Assembly: GCA_963804995.1 (NCBI GenBank)
Contig: CAWDSK010000006.1
Coordinates: forward strand, 32,001 to 96,000
Reading direction: 5' to 3'
Source: an uncultured Acidobacteriota bacterium
Lineage (GTDB): Bacteria; Acidobacteriota; Terriglobia; UBA7540
Length of the DNA stretch: 64,000 bases
This document shows positions 18,956 through 29,912 of the stretch, piece after piece. The stretch's first letter is position 1; every line of letters starts with the position of its first letter. Made by a program: the position numbers and the translations under genes. The notes under the pieces are model-generated. The model was not told the origin of the DNA. It did no database searches and saw nothing but the letters and a program-made list of their open reading frames with translations.

Positions 18956-20812
18956 ATGACTCGCTTTCTCTCGCGTGCATGGGACGATCCACACTGCGGC
19001 AGCTTCAACAAAGAAACCCATCGTCTATTCGCCTATCACCAGGCTACGAAGCATACCTTTCAATCGGTTCACACCACTGCGCATTATCTCGATTGGGATA
19101 ATCAACCTGATCCTTTCCGCACTTATGAAGGTGCCCCCGTTATCCTGCTCCCGCCTGAACCTGGCTTTCCAAACATCGGAACATTCGCTGCCATGACATT
19201 GCTTGCGGCCGGAGCAAGCGTGGCCAGCGACAATGAAATTGAAGATCACAATCCAGCTCCGCGGGACAAGATCTGGCTCAGTCAGTTGCTCTGGCACTCC
19301 ATGGCGATCAGCGCCCAAAAGAGGGTCCCGAATTCGGACCATCACTACAGCCTGCGAGTAAATCCCTCTTCAGGAAATCTTCACCCCACGGAAGTCTACT
19401 TGGCGCTACGAGGGTTCGCGGACCTCGGCGACGGCTTTTATCATTACCGCGCCGATCTCCACGCGCTGGAATTGCTGTGTCCGGGCGCTCGGACAGCCCG
19501 ACTCGCGCAAGACCTCGCAATTCCCTGGGCGGCGGAATCGCCGCTGATTGTAGGGCTGACCTCGATTTTCTGGCGCGAGGCTTGGAAGTACCGCAGCCGT
19601 GCCTATCGTTATTGCTGTCTTGATTTGGGTCACGCAATGATGAGCCTGCTGCTCGCGGCTCGCGCCTTGGGACTGTCCGGTGGCGCAATCACCCACTTCG
19701 CAGATTCCCGCCTCACGAGTGCCCTCGGCTTAGCCGGTGGCGATGAGGCGCCCATGGCCTTCTTAGTGTTTCCGTCGAGAAGGCCGGCGGAGCGAGCACC
19801 TTCCTGTTTAGAGGAAGCATTTGCCGGTATTCCCAACGATTTATCGGCCGAGGAAGTACCCTACGAACTTTTGCTTGGAATCCATTGCGCCACGATCCTG
19901 CCTGATCCTTTGGGCCCACGGCCTCTCCTGCCAATGGCAAATACTGAAGCAGCGCCCAGTGTGCCCGAATCTTTGCCCGAACCAGCGCGCGATGCCCTGC
20001 TGGGAGTGATCGCGCGCCAACGTCGTTCGGCGCTCGAATTTGACCCACGGACTCGACCCTTCGAGCGCGCCTCTGTGGAACAACTGCTGGATTTTGCGAC
20101 ACGGGACTGGCCCGCGGATTGGCGTGGGAACTTCCAGGGCCCGGAGCCACAGGTGGAGCCATCGATAGATTTCGTGACCCTGTACCTCTATATCCACCGC
20201 GTCCGCGGCTGCGAGCCCGGGATATACCGTTGGGATAGAAAAAGCCGAAGTTTGGAGCAGCTCCGTCGCGAGAATGTTGAACGCCAGGCGGCTTATCTCA
20301 GTCTTGAGCAACCCCTGGCGGGAAACGCCTGCTTCGCCATGTCAATGGTTGCAGACCTGGCGCGGGCACCTCGGGTGTTCGGAAATCGGGGCTATCGGTA
20401 TATCCATTACGAAGCCGGGGCGATCGGGCAGCGGCTGTACCTGGGGGCGGAAGCATTGAACTGGAATGCCACCGGCATCGGCGCCTTTTACGACGATGAG
20501 GTGCACCGTTACCTCGGGTTTCTAGATGAAGGCGACAACACGCTGGATGCTTCGGTCGATGCCGCGGAGCACGCAGCACTCATCATGCTGGGATCACCGG
20601 CGAGCCGTCACGCGGCAACGCGGAGTCCGGACCCGCTCCATCTCCATGCGGCGAATTGCGGCCCAGACGATGATCAGTCGTACAAAAAGAGGAAGGCCCG
20701 AGAGAACCCCGGGGCAGTTGCCGAGCGGCAGGATACCATCCTGCTACCACAGCAGGTAATCTATCACTTCGCCATCGGGCGCGCCATTCCCGACACGCGA
20801 ATTGAGGGTTGA
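18956..20812 (+). CDS. SagB/ThcOx-family (tandem nitroreductase-domain) oxidoreductase
   Basis: YHQATKH, LDWDNQPDPFR, LRVNPSSGNLHPTEVY, WKYRSRAYRYCCLDLGHA, second domain RGYRYIHYEAGAIGQRLYL. Confidence 0.85.
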   Translation: MTRFLSRAWDDPHCGSFNKETHRLFAYHQATKHTFQSVHTTAHYLDWDNQPDPFRTYEGAPVILLPPEPGFPNIGTFAAMTLLAAGASVASDNEIEDHNPAPRDKIWLSQLLWHSMAISAQKRVPNSDHHYSLRVNPSSGNLHPTEVYLALRGFADLGDGFYHYRADLHALELLCPGARTARLAQDLAIPWAAESPLIVGLTSIFWREAWKYRSRAYRYCCLDLGHAMMSLLLAARALGLSGGAITHFADSRLTSALGLAGGDEAPMAFLVFPSRRPAERAPSCLEEAFAGIPNDLSAEEVPYELLLGIHCATILPDPLGPRPLLPMANTEAAPSVPESLPEPARDALLGVIARQRRSALEFDPRTRPFERASVEQLLDFATRDWPADWRGNFQGPEPQVEPSIDFVTLYLYIHRVRGCEPGIYRWDRKSRSLEQLRRENVERQAAYLSLEQPLAGNACFAMSMVADLARAPRVFGNRGYRYIHYEAGAIGQRLYLGAEALNWNATGIGAFYDDEVHRYLGFLDEGDNTLDASVDAAEHAALIMLGSPASRHAATRSPDPLHLHAANCGPDDDQSYKKRKARENPGAVAERQDTILLPQQVIYHFAIGRAIPDTRIEG

Positions 20813-20818
20813 GGCGAG

Positions 20819-21109
20819 ATGATCGGCATTTTGGTGCTTGGGAATAACCACTTCATCGTGCGAGGTCCATTGCCGGATCGAGCGACCGCGCTGGCTCTCG
20901 CCCGGCATTGGACTATCATCCAAATCGCGCAGACAACGCCTGATTCGTTACGGACATGGAGCATTTCTACAAAGGAATTCCGGGAAAACATCGAGTGGGC
21001 GGCGGTCGTTCCCGGAGACGGCGAGGTTACGCCAGCCGTGGCGCAGTTGGTTGACGAGATCCTGGCAAGGGGAATCAAAGTCCACGACTCCAACACTGAA
21101 TGTTGGTGA
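20819..21109 (+). CDS. Hypothetical protein (96 aa)
   Basis: Starts 6 bp after the SagB-type gene; protein-like composition. Confidence 0.6.
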   Translation: MIGILVLGNNHFIVRGPLPDRATALALARHWTIIQIAQTTPDSLRTWSISTKEFRENIEWAAVVPGDGEVTPAVAQLVDEILARGIKVHDSNTECW

Positions 21110-21301
21110 TGGGCGGATGGTGTGCTGAAGGACAAAATTGCCGTCGCGAACAGACCTGGAGAAGGTATACTGAAGTGGATCAGGATTCCAAAATGGAAAT
21201 ACGGATTTAAAGGGTCGGGTGACTGACGAAAAGCCCGGGCCGGAGAAGAGTAGGCTGGGTATGCCCGCTATCCCTTCCTGTTCCCATCAGTTTGTCCTTC
21301 A

Positions 21302-22744
21302 ATGAACATTCTCTTCGACAACACCTATGCCCGACTGCCGGAACGATTCTTCACCAATCAGAAACCCGCCCCTGTTCCGGAACCGAAGCTCATCCGTCTC
21401 AACCTCGGACTCGCGGCAAAGCTCTCGATGGACACCGACTGGCTGCAATCTACCGACGGAGTGGCGATGCTCGCGGGCAACGCGATTCCCGAGGGTGCCG
21501 AGCCGATAGCACAAGCCTATGCCGGCCACCAGTTCGGTGGATTCGTACCCCAACTCGGTGACGGCCGTGCCCTCCTTCTCGGTGAAGTGATCGGCACGAA
21601 TGGCGCGCGTTACGATATGCAATTAAAAGGCTCAGGGCGCACGCCATTCTCGCGCGGCGGCGATGGCAAATCCGCCCTCGGCCCCGTGCTCCGCGAATAC
21701 ATTGTCAGCGAAGCCATGGCCTCGCTGGGAGTTCCCACGACGCGAGCGCTGGCCGCGGTTGCTACCGGCGAAAGAATCATGCGCCAGGAAGGGATGCTCC
21801 CTGGCGGTGTATTCACCCGCGTTGCCGCAAGTCACATTCGCGTGGGAACTTTTCAGTATTTTCTGGCACGCAAGGATATCGATGCTCTGCGGCTGCTCGC
21901 CGACCATGTTATTGCCCGGCATTACCCGGCGTCGGCCGAAGCACCCCATCCCTATGGGGCCTTGCTCGAGTCGGTCGCAGCGGCCCAAGCGGATCTGATC
22001 GCCCAGTGGATGTCTCTCGGCTTCATCCACGGGGTGATGAATACGGACAATACCGCCGTCTCTGGGGAGACGATCGACTACGGACCGTGCGCATTCATGG
22101 ACGCCTTCCACCCGCAGTGCGTCTTCAGCTCCATCGACTCCCGTGGGCGCTATGCCTGGGGTAACCAGCCCGACATCGGGCTCTGGAACGTCACCCGCTT
22201 CGCGGAAACCCTGTTGCCCTTATTGTCTGAGGATCCTGGCGAAGCGACCAAGATTGCCGAAGCAGTTCTCTCCCGATATCCTGAGCGATTCCAGTGCCAA
22301 TACATCGCCCGCTTCCGCGCCAAATTTGGTCTCCCCCCTGAGGCGCCCGTCGCGCTCATCCAGGAAGGTCTCGATCTGCTCGCCGCCCAGGAGATCGATT
22401 TCACCCTCTTTTTCCGCCACCTCACACGTCTCGCCGAGGGAGAGGATTCAACGGCGCTGGAGGCGATGTTTTCCCAGCCTTTTGCACAATGGTTCGCCCA
22501 ATGGCGTCGCGAAGCCAACCCCGCCCTGCGTCTCGCCGAAATGCGCGCTGCCAACCCGATCCTTATCCCGCGCAATCACCGCGTCGAGCAAGCCATCCAG
22601 AGCGCCTATGGTGGCGACTTTGGCCCGTTCCACCGTCTCGTCGATGCCCTAACCGCGCCCTACGCTGACTCGGTCGAATACATTGACCTCGAAGCGCCAC
22701 CGCGACCAGAAGAAATCGTCCATGAAACTTTCTGTGGCACTTAG
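21302..22744 (+). CDS. selO: Protein adenylyltransferase SelO/YdiU
   Basis: YAGHQFG, QLGDGRA, QLKGSGRTPFSRGGDG, GFIHGVMNTDN, TIDYGPCAF, PRNH; ends TFCGT. Confidence 0.93.
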   Translation: MNILFDNTYARLPERFFTNQKPAPVPEPKLIRLNLGLAAKLSMDTDWLQSTDGVAMLAGNAIPEGAEPIAQAYAGHQFGGFVPQLGDGRALLLGEVIGTNGARYDMQLKGSGRTPFSRGGDGKSALGPVLREYIVSEAMASLGVPTTRALAAVATGERIMRQEGMLPGGVFTRVAASHIRVGTFQYFLARKDIDALRLLADHVIARHYPASAEAPHPYGALLESVAAAQADLIAQWMSLGFIHGVMNTDNTAVSGETIDYGPCAFMDAFHPQCVFSSIDSRGRYAWGNQPDIGLWNVTRFAETLLPLLSEDPGEATKIAEAVLSRYPERFQCQYIARFRAKFGLPPEAPVALIQEGLDLLAAQEIDFTLFFRHLTRLAEGEDSTALEAMFSQPFAQWFAQWRREANPALRLAEMRAANPILIPRNHRVEQAIQSAYGGDFGPFHRLVDALTAPYADSVEYIDLEAPPRPEEIVHETFCGT

Positions 22745-22764
22745 CCCGAGCTTGGGTTTCTTGG

Positions 22765-22950
22765 ATGCTTCACCCCCCGCTCCATCAGCGCCTCGTGAAT
22801 CTCCTGCTTGGCGAAGGTGGCATTAGCGCGGAACTCCACCTCTGTGCCCCGCTTCTGAAACCGCTCAATCTCAGGTAGCAGCAGTTCTTCCCAGTCCTCG
22901 GACTTTGGACGTCGCCAGATCGAAGTTTCCCCGCCAGACGATTGCCTTGC
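22765..22950 (-). mobile_element. IS1380-family transposase internal fragment (frameshifted)
   Basis: KLRSGDV.. in one frame and EDWEELLLPEIERFQKRGTEVEFRANATFAKQEIHEALMERGVK in another resemble the IS1380 RADAAF region. Confidence 0.6.
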
Positions 22951-23232
22951 TGACCTACCGTCGTAGAGTCCAAGCCGCAACGACAGGCATGACCGCGATC
23001 GGCAACGACCGCCCCATCTTGAGCAAGTCAATCGTGTCGCGCAGCGTGCTCGCCATACCCATTAATCCGGATTCCGCCTGATAAACGCCCTTCCACGCCA
23101 AGATCCAGCCGGCCCGCAACACAACGTCAGTCGGCAGCTCCGAGAGCGATCGTAACTAGCGGTAGTATCTCGCTTGGCCTTTTGCTGTCCCCCGCTTCGG
23201 ACCCGCTCACTCATGCACAAGAAATCGGAAAC

Positions 23233-23254
23233 TTACTGTCCATTTACTGTCCAT
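23233..23254. repeat. 11-bp tandem direct repeat (possible integrase arm-type sites)
   Basis: TTACTGTCCAT x2, about 110 bp beyond the tRNA 3' end. Confidence 0.5.
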
Positions 23255-23364
23255 TTCTATAGCGCACGATATAGACTTGCGAGACTCCAAGAGACAGGAA
23301 AGAACTACTCCAGGACCACATGGATCGCCATTGTTTATGCGGTTGAAATGCTAAGTTACAGATT

Positions 23365-23439
23365 TGGTAGCGCTACCGGGAATCGAACCCGGGTTTTCAG
23401 ATTGAGAATCTAACGTCCTAACCCCTAGACGATAGCGCC
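23365..23439 (-). tRNA. tRNA-Glu (CTC)
   Basis: GGCGCTA/TAGCGCT acceptor stem, anticodon arm TTAGA-TTCTCAA-TCTGA, GGTTCGATTCC T-loop, encoded CCA. TTGACA upstream at 23485-23480. Confidence 0.97.
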
Positions 23440-23527
23440 CCAGAGGCAATCTATTTTTCTAACACCCACTCGCGGAAGTTGTCAAGAAGCGGTGGCGACA
23501 CATTTTGAGGTGCCACGGGCGTCCGAA

Positions 23528-23650
23528 GGTGTGAAAAAATACCATTTTCACCGCTGAGTCGCTGAGACGCAGAGAAATGACCCTTTGTTTTCAAACCTCT
23601 GCGCCTTCGCGCCTCTGCGGTGAAAGTTATGCGGGGATTTTTTCACAGCT
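23528..23650. repeat. Nested inverted-repeat (MITE/REP-like) element
   Basis: Outer GTGTGAAAAAATACC / GGGATTTTTTCACAGC; inner TTTCACCGC...GCAGAG / CTCTGC...GCGGTGAAA. Confidence 0.5.
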
Positions 23651-23795
23651 TCTCCCGCCCGTGCCGCAGTCACGGCCAAGACCCCGATGGATCGGGGCAG
23701 GTCGGCCGTGGCACTTCAGAAAAAGTCAATACGGAAGACGCTCACTCCGCAAGCAGAGCCGAGCATAACAAAACTCGCGAGGGCTTCCCGGCTGG

Positions 23796-25133
23796 TCAGT
23801 ATTTCGTGGTGGAAGCAAAATTGAATTCATGAACCTTGGCGGCGGGGACGACCATTTCAAATGACTCTTCGCCGGCGGTGCGTTGCGGCGGGCTCATCAT
23901 TTCCACTTGCCCCAGCATATCCACCAGGCTCTGATTGAAGCGCAAGTTCCTGACGCCATGCTGCACTTGCCCGCCCTCGATCCAAAACGTTCCGTCGCGC
24001 GTCATGCCGGTCAGGATTTTCTTATAGGGATCGACTTCGCGAATATACCAGAAGCGGGTCACCAGCAGGCCGCGCTCTGTCTTGCGAATCATCTCCTCCA
24101 CTGCCGTGCGGCCTCCGTCCATAACGATATTGACGGGAGCTTCTCCGATCTCATTGGGCAGCGGGAAGCCGTGGCCAGTGGGCTGCACACCCAACTTATG
24201 GGCAGTCTGGCGTGCGTAAACCAGGTTTTTCACTTCCCCTTTTTCGACAATCGCCACGCGCTGACGCGGTACCCCTTCCCCGTCGAAGGGCGCGCCGGTC
24301 TGGAGCGGGTGGAAAACGTCATCGCGAAAGTTGATGTTCTTACCAAACACCTTTTGGCCTACCCGGCCGGTCAGGCAACTGCGCTGCTCATGGACCGCCA
24401 GGCCACTGAAGTCGAGGATCATGAAACCCAAAAGGTCGAGCATGGCCGCAGGCTCAAGAATCACTGTGTAACGCCCGGGCTCGATCTGACGCGGCTCGCG
24501 GCTGGCCAGGGCCTTCTGGGCAGCGCGCTCGGCCAATGCGGGCGGATCGAGTTCCATCCAGTAAGGCGCGGTCTTCTTCGCCCAGCCGGAACTCGAGTCC
24601 GACATCATGGTCACCGAGAATTCCGACATCGTCTCTTCATGGAAGGCCCGCAAGCCGCGCGAGTTGAAGAGGCCGTAGGCGGAACTGCCGCTTGAAAACA
24701 CGCCGGCCGCCGTCAGGTGGTCCTGCTCAGCGCGAGCCACCACTTGCTGCACGGTCTCCGCCCGGGTCTGGGGGGTAAGGTCCGCGGTCTCCTTGAAAGA
24801 GCGATCTACGGCGCGGTAAGTCTGCGGGCTGGCCATCGGCAGCAACTCCGGGTCAGGCGGCTGCAAGCGCGCCAGCACCAAAGCGTTTTCGCAGAGTTGC
24901 CGGATGGAGGCTTCGTCAAATTTGTTGGTGCTGGCGCGCGCCATGCGCCCTTCGCTGACCAGCCGCACCGAAAGCGATCCGGTCTCCTCCGCCACGTTCT
25001 GGTGAATAGCGTTGTTGGCAAAACGCGTGAGCGCGTAGGCGGTGGACGAGATCATGGCTTCGGTCTCATCCGCCGTCGAGTACTTCAGCACTTTGTCGAA
25101 AAGTTCGTCAGCGCGTTGTCGGGTCAGGTTCAT
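23796..25133 (-). CDS. tldE: TldE/PmbA-family protein
   Basis: TRFANNAIHQNV, PFDGEGVP, LTGMTRDGTFWIE, NLRFNQS; lies downstream of tldD. Confidence 0.85.
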   Translation of the reverse strand: MNLTRQRADELFDKVLKYSTADETEAMISSTAYALTRFANNAIHQNVAEETGSLSVRLVSEGRMARASTNKFDEASIRQLCENALVLARLQPPDPELLPMASPQTYRAVDRSFKETADLTPQTRAETVQQVVARAEQDHLTAAGVFSSGSSAYGLFNSRGLRAFHEETMSEFSVTMMSDSSSGWAKKTAPYWMELDPPALAERAAQKALASREPRQIEPGRYTVILEPAAMLDLLGFMILDFSGLAVHEQRSCLTGRVGQKVFGKNINFRDDVFHPLQTGAPFDGEGVPRQRVAIVEKGEVKNLVYARQTAHKLGVQPTGHGFPLPNEIGEAPVNIVMDGGRTAVEEMIRKTERGLLVTRFWYIREVDPYKKILTGMTRDGTFWIEGGQVQHGVRNLRFNQSLVDMLGQVEMMSPPQRTAGEESFEMVVPAAKVHEFNFASTTKY

Positions 25134-25166
25134 GGAGAAATTTGGCGATTTAGTGATTCAACGATT

Positions 25167-26625
25167 TCATCCCGGGTAGGCGACGCCCACCTGCACTTTG
25201 CGGAAGCGCGCGGGTGAGGCCCCATGTCCCGTGCCCATGGTCTGCATGGGCTGTCCTTTGCCGCAATTCGGCGTTCCCCAGAGCGTCCAGTAATCCGGGC
25301 CGCAGATCGCGTCGCAGGAATTCCAGAACTCTGTGGTGATGCCGCCGTAGCTGGGGTTCTTGAGCATCCGGGTCTTCTTGCCGCCGCGAATTTCCCAGCC
25401 GATTTCGGTGCCGAACTGGAAGTTGTAGCGCCGGTCGTCAATCGACCAACTGCGGTTAGTCTCCATATAAATGCCGTCGTCAGTTCGAGGCAATCAAATC
25501 GTCCGGTTTCCAGGCGCCGGGGAGAATGCTCACATTCGTCATGCGGATCAGGGGGATGCGATTCCAGCCTTCGGCGCGCATGGATCCGCTGGACCGCTTC
25601 AGGCCGATGGCGGGCGCCGTCTCACGCGAGGAAAGGTAGCCGACGAACTGTCCGTCCTTGATAATTGGCGTGCACTGCGCGGGAACGCCTTCGTCGTCAT
25701 AAGCGAACGTGCCGAGCCCAGGCCCGTGCGCGGGCGTAGCGTCCGCAACCACATTGACGATGTCAGACGCGTACTTGAGCGTGCCCAACTTCTCCAGGGT
25801 CAGGAAGCTCATGCCGGCGAAATTCGCTTCCGTGCCCAGCACGCGGTCAAGCTCAATGGGGTGCCCGATGGATTCGTGAATCTGCAAGCCCAACTGCGAG
25901 CTATCCAGAATGATGTCCTTCACGCCCGCCGGGCATTGCTCCGCGGAGTGCAACGCCACAGCCTCCTCCGCGACACGAGGTGCGTTCTCCAGCAGGTTAA
26001 GCTCTTCCACAAGCTCATAGCCTTTTGTCTGGTATTGCCCGCCGAACGAATTGGGGTAGGAGCGCCGCTGGATTTCCGTTCCCGCAAAGGAAGTGGCGAC
26101 GTATCCCGCGCCTGTCTGGGTCTTCAACTGGTAGATCTCCGAGCCCAGGCTGGAAAGGAAGAGCTGTTCGATGCGGCGAAAATCCATGGCGGTTTCAGCC
26201 AGGGTGATGCCTTGCACCTTGCGCAATTCCCCGTCCACCTTCAACATCAGTTCGAGACACGAGGAAATGGGAACGGAGAACGGGTCGATGCGGCAGGGCG
26301 CCGCCCAGCGGTCCACAATCTTCTCTTCCGGCGCCAACTCCACGTCGTGCTTCTTGGCCAGAGCACTCGCCAGGGCGATCTCGACCGCCAGGGCCGCGGT
26401 TCGATCCACGTTCGCTCGGGTCAAACTATCGGTGGAAGCAAAACCCCACGCTCCGCCCGCGATGACGCGCACGCCCAATCCCAGCGATTGCGATTCCCGC
26501 ACCTGGGAACACTGGCCATTTTTGGTGGAAAGGTAACGCTGGCGAGTATCGAGCACTCGTACTTCCGCGTACGTGGCACCGCGTTTGAATGCGGTGTCCA
26601 ACGCCCAAGTCGCGAATTCTTTCAT
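25167..26625 (-). CDS. tldD: TldD-family metalloprotease (single frameshift near 25484)
   Basis: HESIGHPIELDR, YDDEG and RMTN in 25480..26625. The C-terminus (SWSIDDRRYNFQF, CGKGQP) is in 25167..25493. Removing one A from TCGAACTGAC restores the frame. Confidence 0.85.
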
Positions 26626-26629
26626 AGTT

Positions 26630-26790
26630 AGCTATCAGCTCTCAGCGATCAGCTCTCAGCTACCCGTAGCACCGGGCCGAGGCCCGGTATGCCGCCCCAG
26701 GGGGCGCGCTATTTTCGGTTACCAGTTTTCAGCCACCGCCTTGCGGTTGGAGTGTGAGCTGAAAGCTGATCGCTGAGAGCTGAAAGCTGC
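26630..26790. repeat. Inverted clusters of heptamer tandem repeats
   Basis: GCTATCA/GCTCTCA/GCGATCA units, with reverse-complement units TGAAAGC/TGATCGC/TGAGAGC. Confidence 0.7.
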
Positions 26791-26794
26791 ATGG

Positions 26795-28069
<1,275 letters not shown>

Positions 28070-29224
28070 TTAGAGTCCAGCCTCCTTCTTCAGGATGGCG
28101 GCCTTATCCGTCTTCTCCCAGGTAAACTCGGGCTCGGGACGGCCAAAGTGGCCATAGGCCGCGGTCTTCTTATAGATAGGACGCTGGAGATTAAGCGACT
28201 CAATGATTCCCCGGGGCGTCAATTTGAAATGCTTGCGAATCAAACTTTCGAGTTGGCTATTGTCGATCCGCCCGGTCCCGAAAGTATCCACCATGACGGA
28301 AACCGGGTCCGCCACGCCAATGGCGTAAGCAAGCTGTACTTCCGCCCGGCCCGCGATGCCCGCCGCCACGATGTTCTTGGCAATGTAGCGCGCCATGTAG
28401 GTGGCGGAGCGATCCACCTTGGTGGGGTCTTTCCCTGAGAAGCATCCGCCGCCATGGTGGGCGCTGCCGCCGTATGTGTCCACAATGATCTTGCGTCCGG
28501 TCAGGCCGGAGTCGCCTACGGGCCCGCCGGTCACAAAGCGTCCAGTGGGATTGATGTGGTACTTGGTTTCCGAATCGAGCAGGTGGGCAGGAACGACGGG
28601 CTTGATCACGCATTCCATAACGCCGGCGCGCAAGGTCTCATTGCTGACCGCCGCGGAGTGCTGGGTGGAAACCACCACCGCGTCCACCCGCACCGGCTTC
28701 GAGCCGTCGTACTCGACCGTGACTTGCGACTTGCCGTCCGGGCGTATGAAATCGAGAATCCCCTTGCGCCGCACTTCCGCCAAACGCAGACAGAGTTTGT
28801 GCGCGGTCATGATGGGAAACGGCATCAACTCTTCCGTCTCATCGCAGGCGAACCCGAACATCAATCCCTGGTCGCCTGCCCCGCCCGTGCCTACGCCCAT
28901 GTCAATGTCGGCGCTCTGGCGGGTCAGGTTGACGATCACCTGGCACAAATCCGGGGTGAAGCCGCCGCTGGGGTCGTTGTAACCAATATCCCTTACGGTG
29001 TCGCGGACCAACTTCTCAATGTCCGGCTTGGCGGAGGTGGTGATTTCTCCGGCCACATAGACCGACTGGTCCTTGACCATGGATTCGCAGGCGACGCGCC
29101 CGCGAGGGTCTTCCCTAAGCACCGCGTCGAGAACGGCGTCAGAAATCTGATCGCAAATCTTGTCGGGGTGTCCTTCGGTAACAGATTCAGAGGTAAAAAG
29201 ATAGTGATGCTTCGGCCCGCCCAC
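28070..29224 (-). CDS. metK: S-adenosylmethionine synthetase
   Basis: [51 protein letters not shown]. Confidence 0.97.
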   Translation of the reverse strand: MGGPKHHYLFTSESVTEGHPDKICDQISDAVLDAVLREDPRGRVACESMVKDQSVYVAGEITTSAKPDIEKLVRDTVRDIGYNDPSGGFTPDLCQVIVNLTRQSADIDMGVGTGGAGDQGLMFGFACDETEELMPFPIMTAHKLCLRLAEVRRKGILDFIRPDGKSQVTVEYDGSKPVRVDAVVVSTQHSAAVSNETLRAGVMECVIKPVVPAHLLDSETKYHINPTGRFVTGGPVGDSGLTGRKIIVDTYGGSAHHGGGCFSGKDPTKVDRSATYMARYIAKNIVAAGIAGRAEVQLAYAIGVADPVSVMVDTFGTGRIDNSQLESLIRKHFKLTPRGIIESLNLQRPIYKKTAAYGHFGRPEPEFTWEKTDKAAILKKEAGL

Positions 29225-29276
29225 GCAGAGCCTCCTTCCGGTCAGTTAAGAATTCCAGGGGACACACAAACCAAAA

Positions 29277-29306
29277 ACCGTAGCACACGGCAAGCAAAAG
29301 TGTCAA
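29277..29306 (-). promoter_or_regulatory. Putative metK promoter
   Basis: TTGACA-N18-TACGGT with an extended TG element. Confidence 0.45.
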
Positions 29307-29518
29307 CGGTTTCTGGCCTTTCTCGCTAAAACCTAGGCCCATTTGTCGCGAATTAGATGCGAATGGGGCAGGTTTGCACCCAAGTGGCGCCAACTAAGAC
29401 CTCTAAGGGAATCACGGCCACTGCCCCATAAGCGTTAACTTGAGCCCCTGTCAACGTTGAGCCAACGCTGTCAGATTGAGGCGCTATGCACAGCGCCATA
29501 AGTGTTTGTGCATTCGGC

Positions 29519-29588
29519 TGTAGCAGCGCTCTATGAGCGCCGACCGGCGGTCCCCGCCAAGGCGGGGCAGGCGCCGACCGCCGCTACA
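29519..29588. repeat. GTAG-type REP inverted pair
   Basis: TGTAGCAGCGCTCTATGAGCGCCG ... GGCGCCGACCGCCGCTACA. Confidence 0.55.
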
Positions 29589-29912
29589 ATTTATGGCGCT
29601 GTGTATAGTTTCCGAATAGGCAACGATACAGGGTACCCAACGGTGTAAGGCAGGAGCGATCGCCTCCGGCGCGCCGGAGAGGGTCGCTGCCAGCCGGTTC
29701 CGGGGCAAACTTCCGAGTCGCGCGTGATCCGGAAGTTGGTCGCCGCCCAGATCTACGGTAAGCCGACTTAGCGGAAAGCGAAGCGCTCGGGAATGGCGTC
29801 CGAGGTCATTGCTAGAGGTTTGTGGTTGTGGCTTCATACGAACCACGAAGTTTTTGTCGAAGGGCATCCGGCGACAGGGCTGCGTCCACCTGTCCAGTTC
29901 ACGTTCCTCCGC

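Noticed and set aside
20520..20750. Intein in the SagB-type gene
   Set aside because: Lacks an N-terminal Cys/Ser block and the C-terminal His-Asn splice motif.
25480..25493. Programmed frameshift or selenocysteine at the tldD TGA
   Set aside because: No slippery sequence or SECIS-like hairpin, and the downstream homology is in a different frame. A single-base indel explains it.
18956..26625. RiPP (azole/microcin) cluster from SagB plus TldDE plus radical SAM
   Set aside because: No YcaO or precursor peptide seen, and tldDE lie on the other side of the tRNA boundary in the metK-ahcY operon.
29225..29480. SAM riboswitch upstream of metK-ahcY
   Set aside because: No recognisable SAM-I/II core, and the predicted promoter leaves only a short leader.
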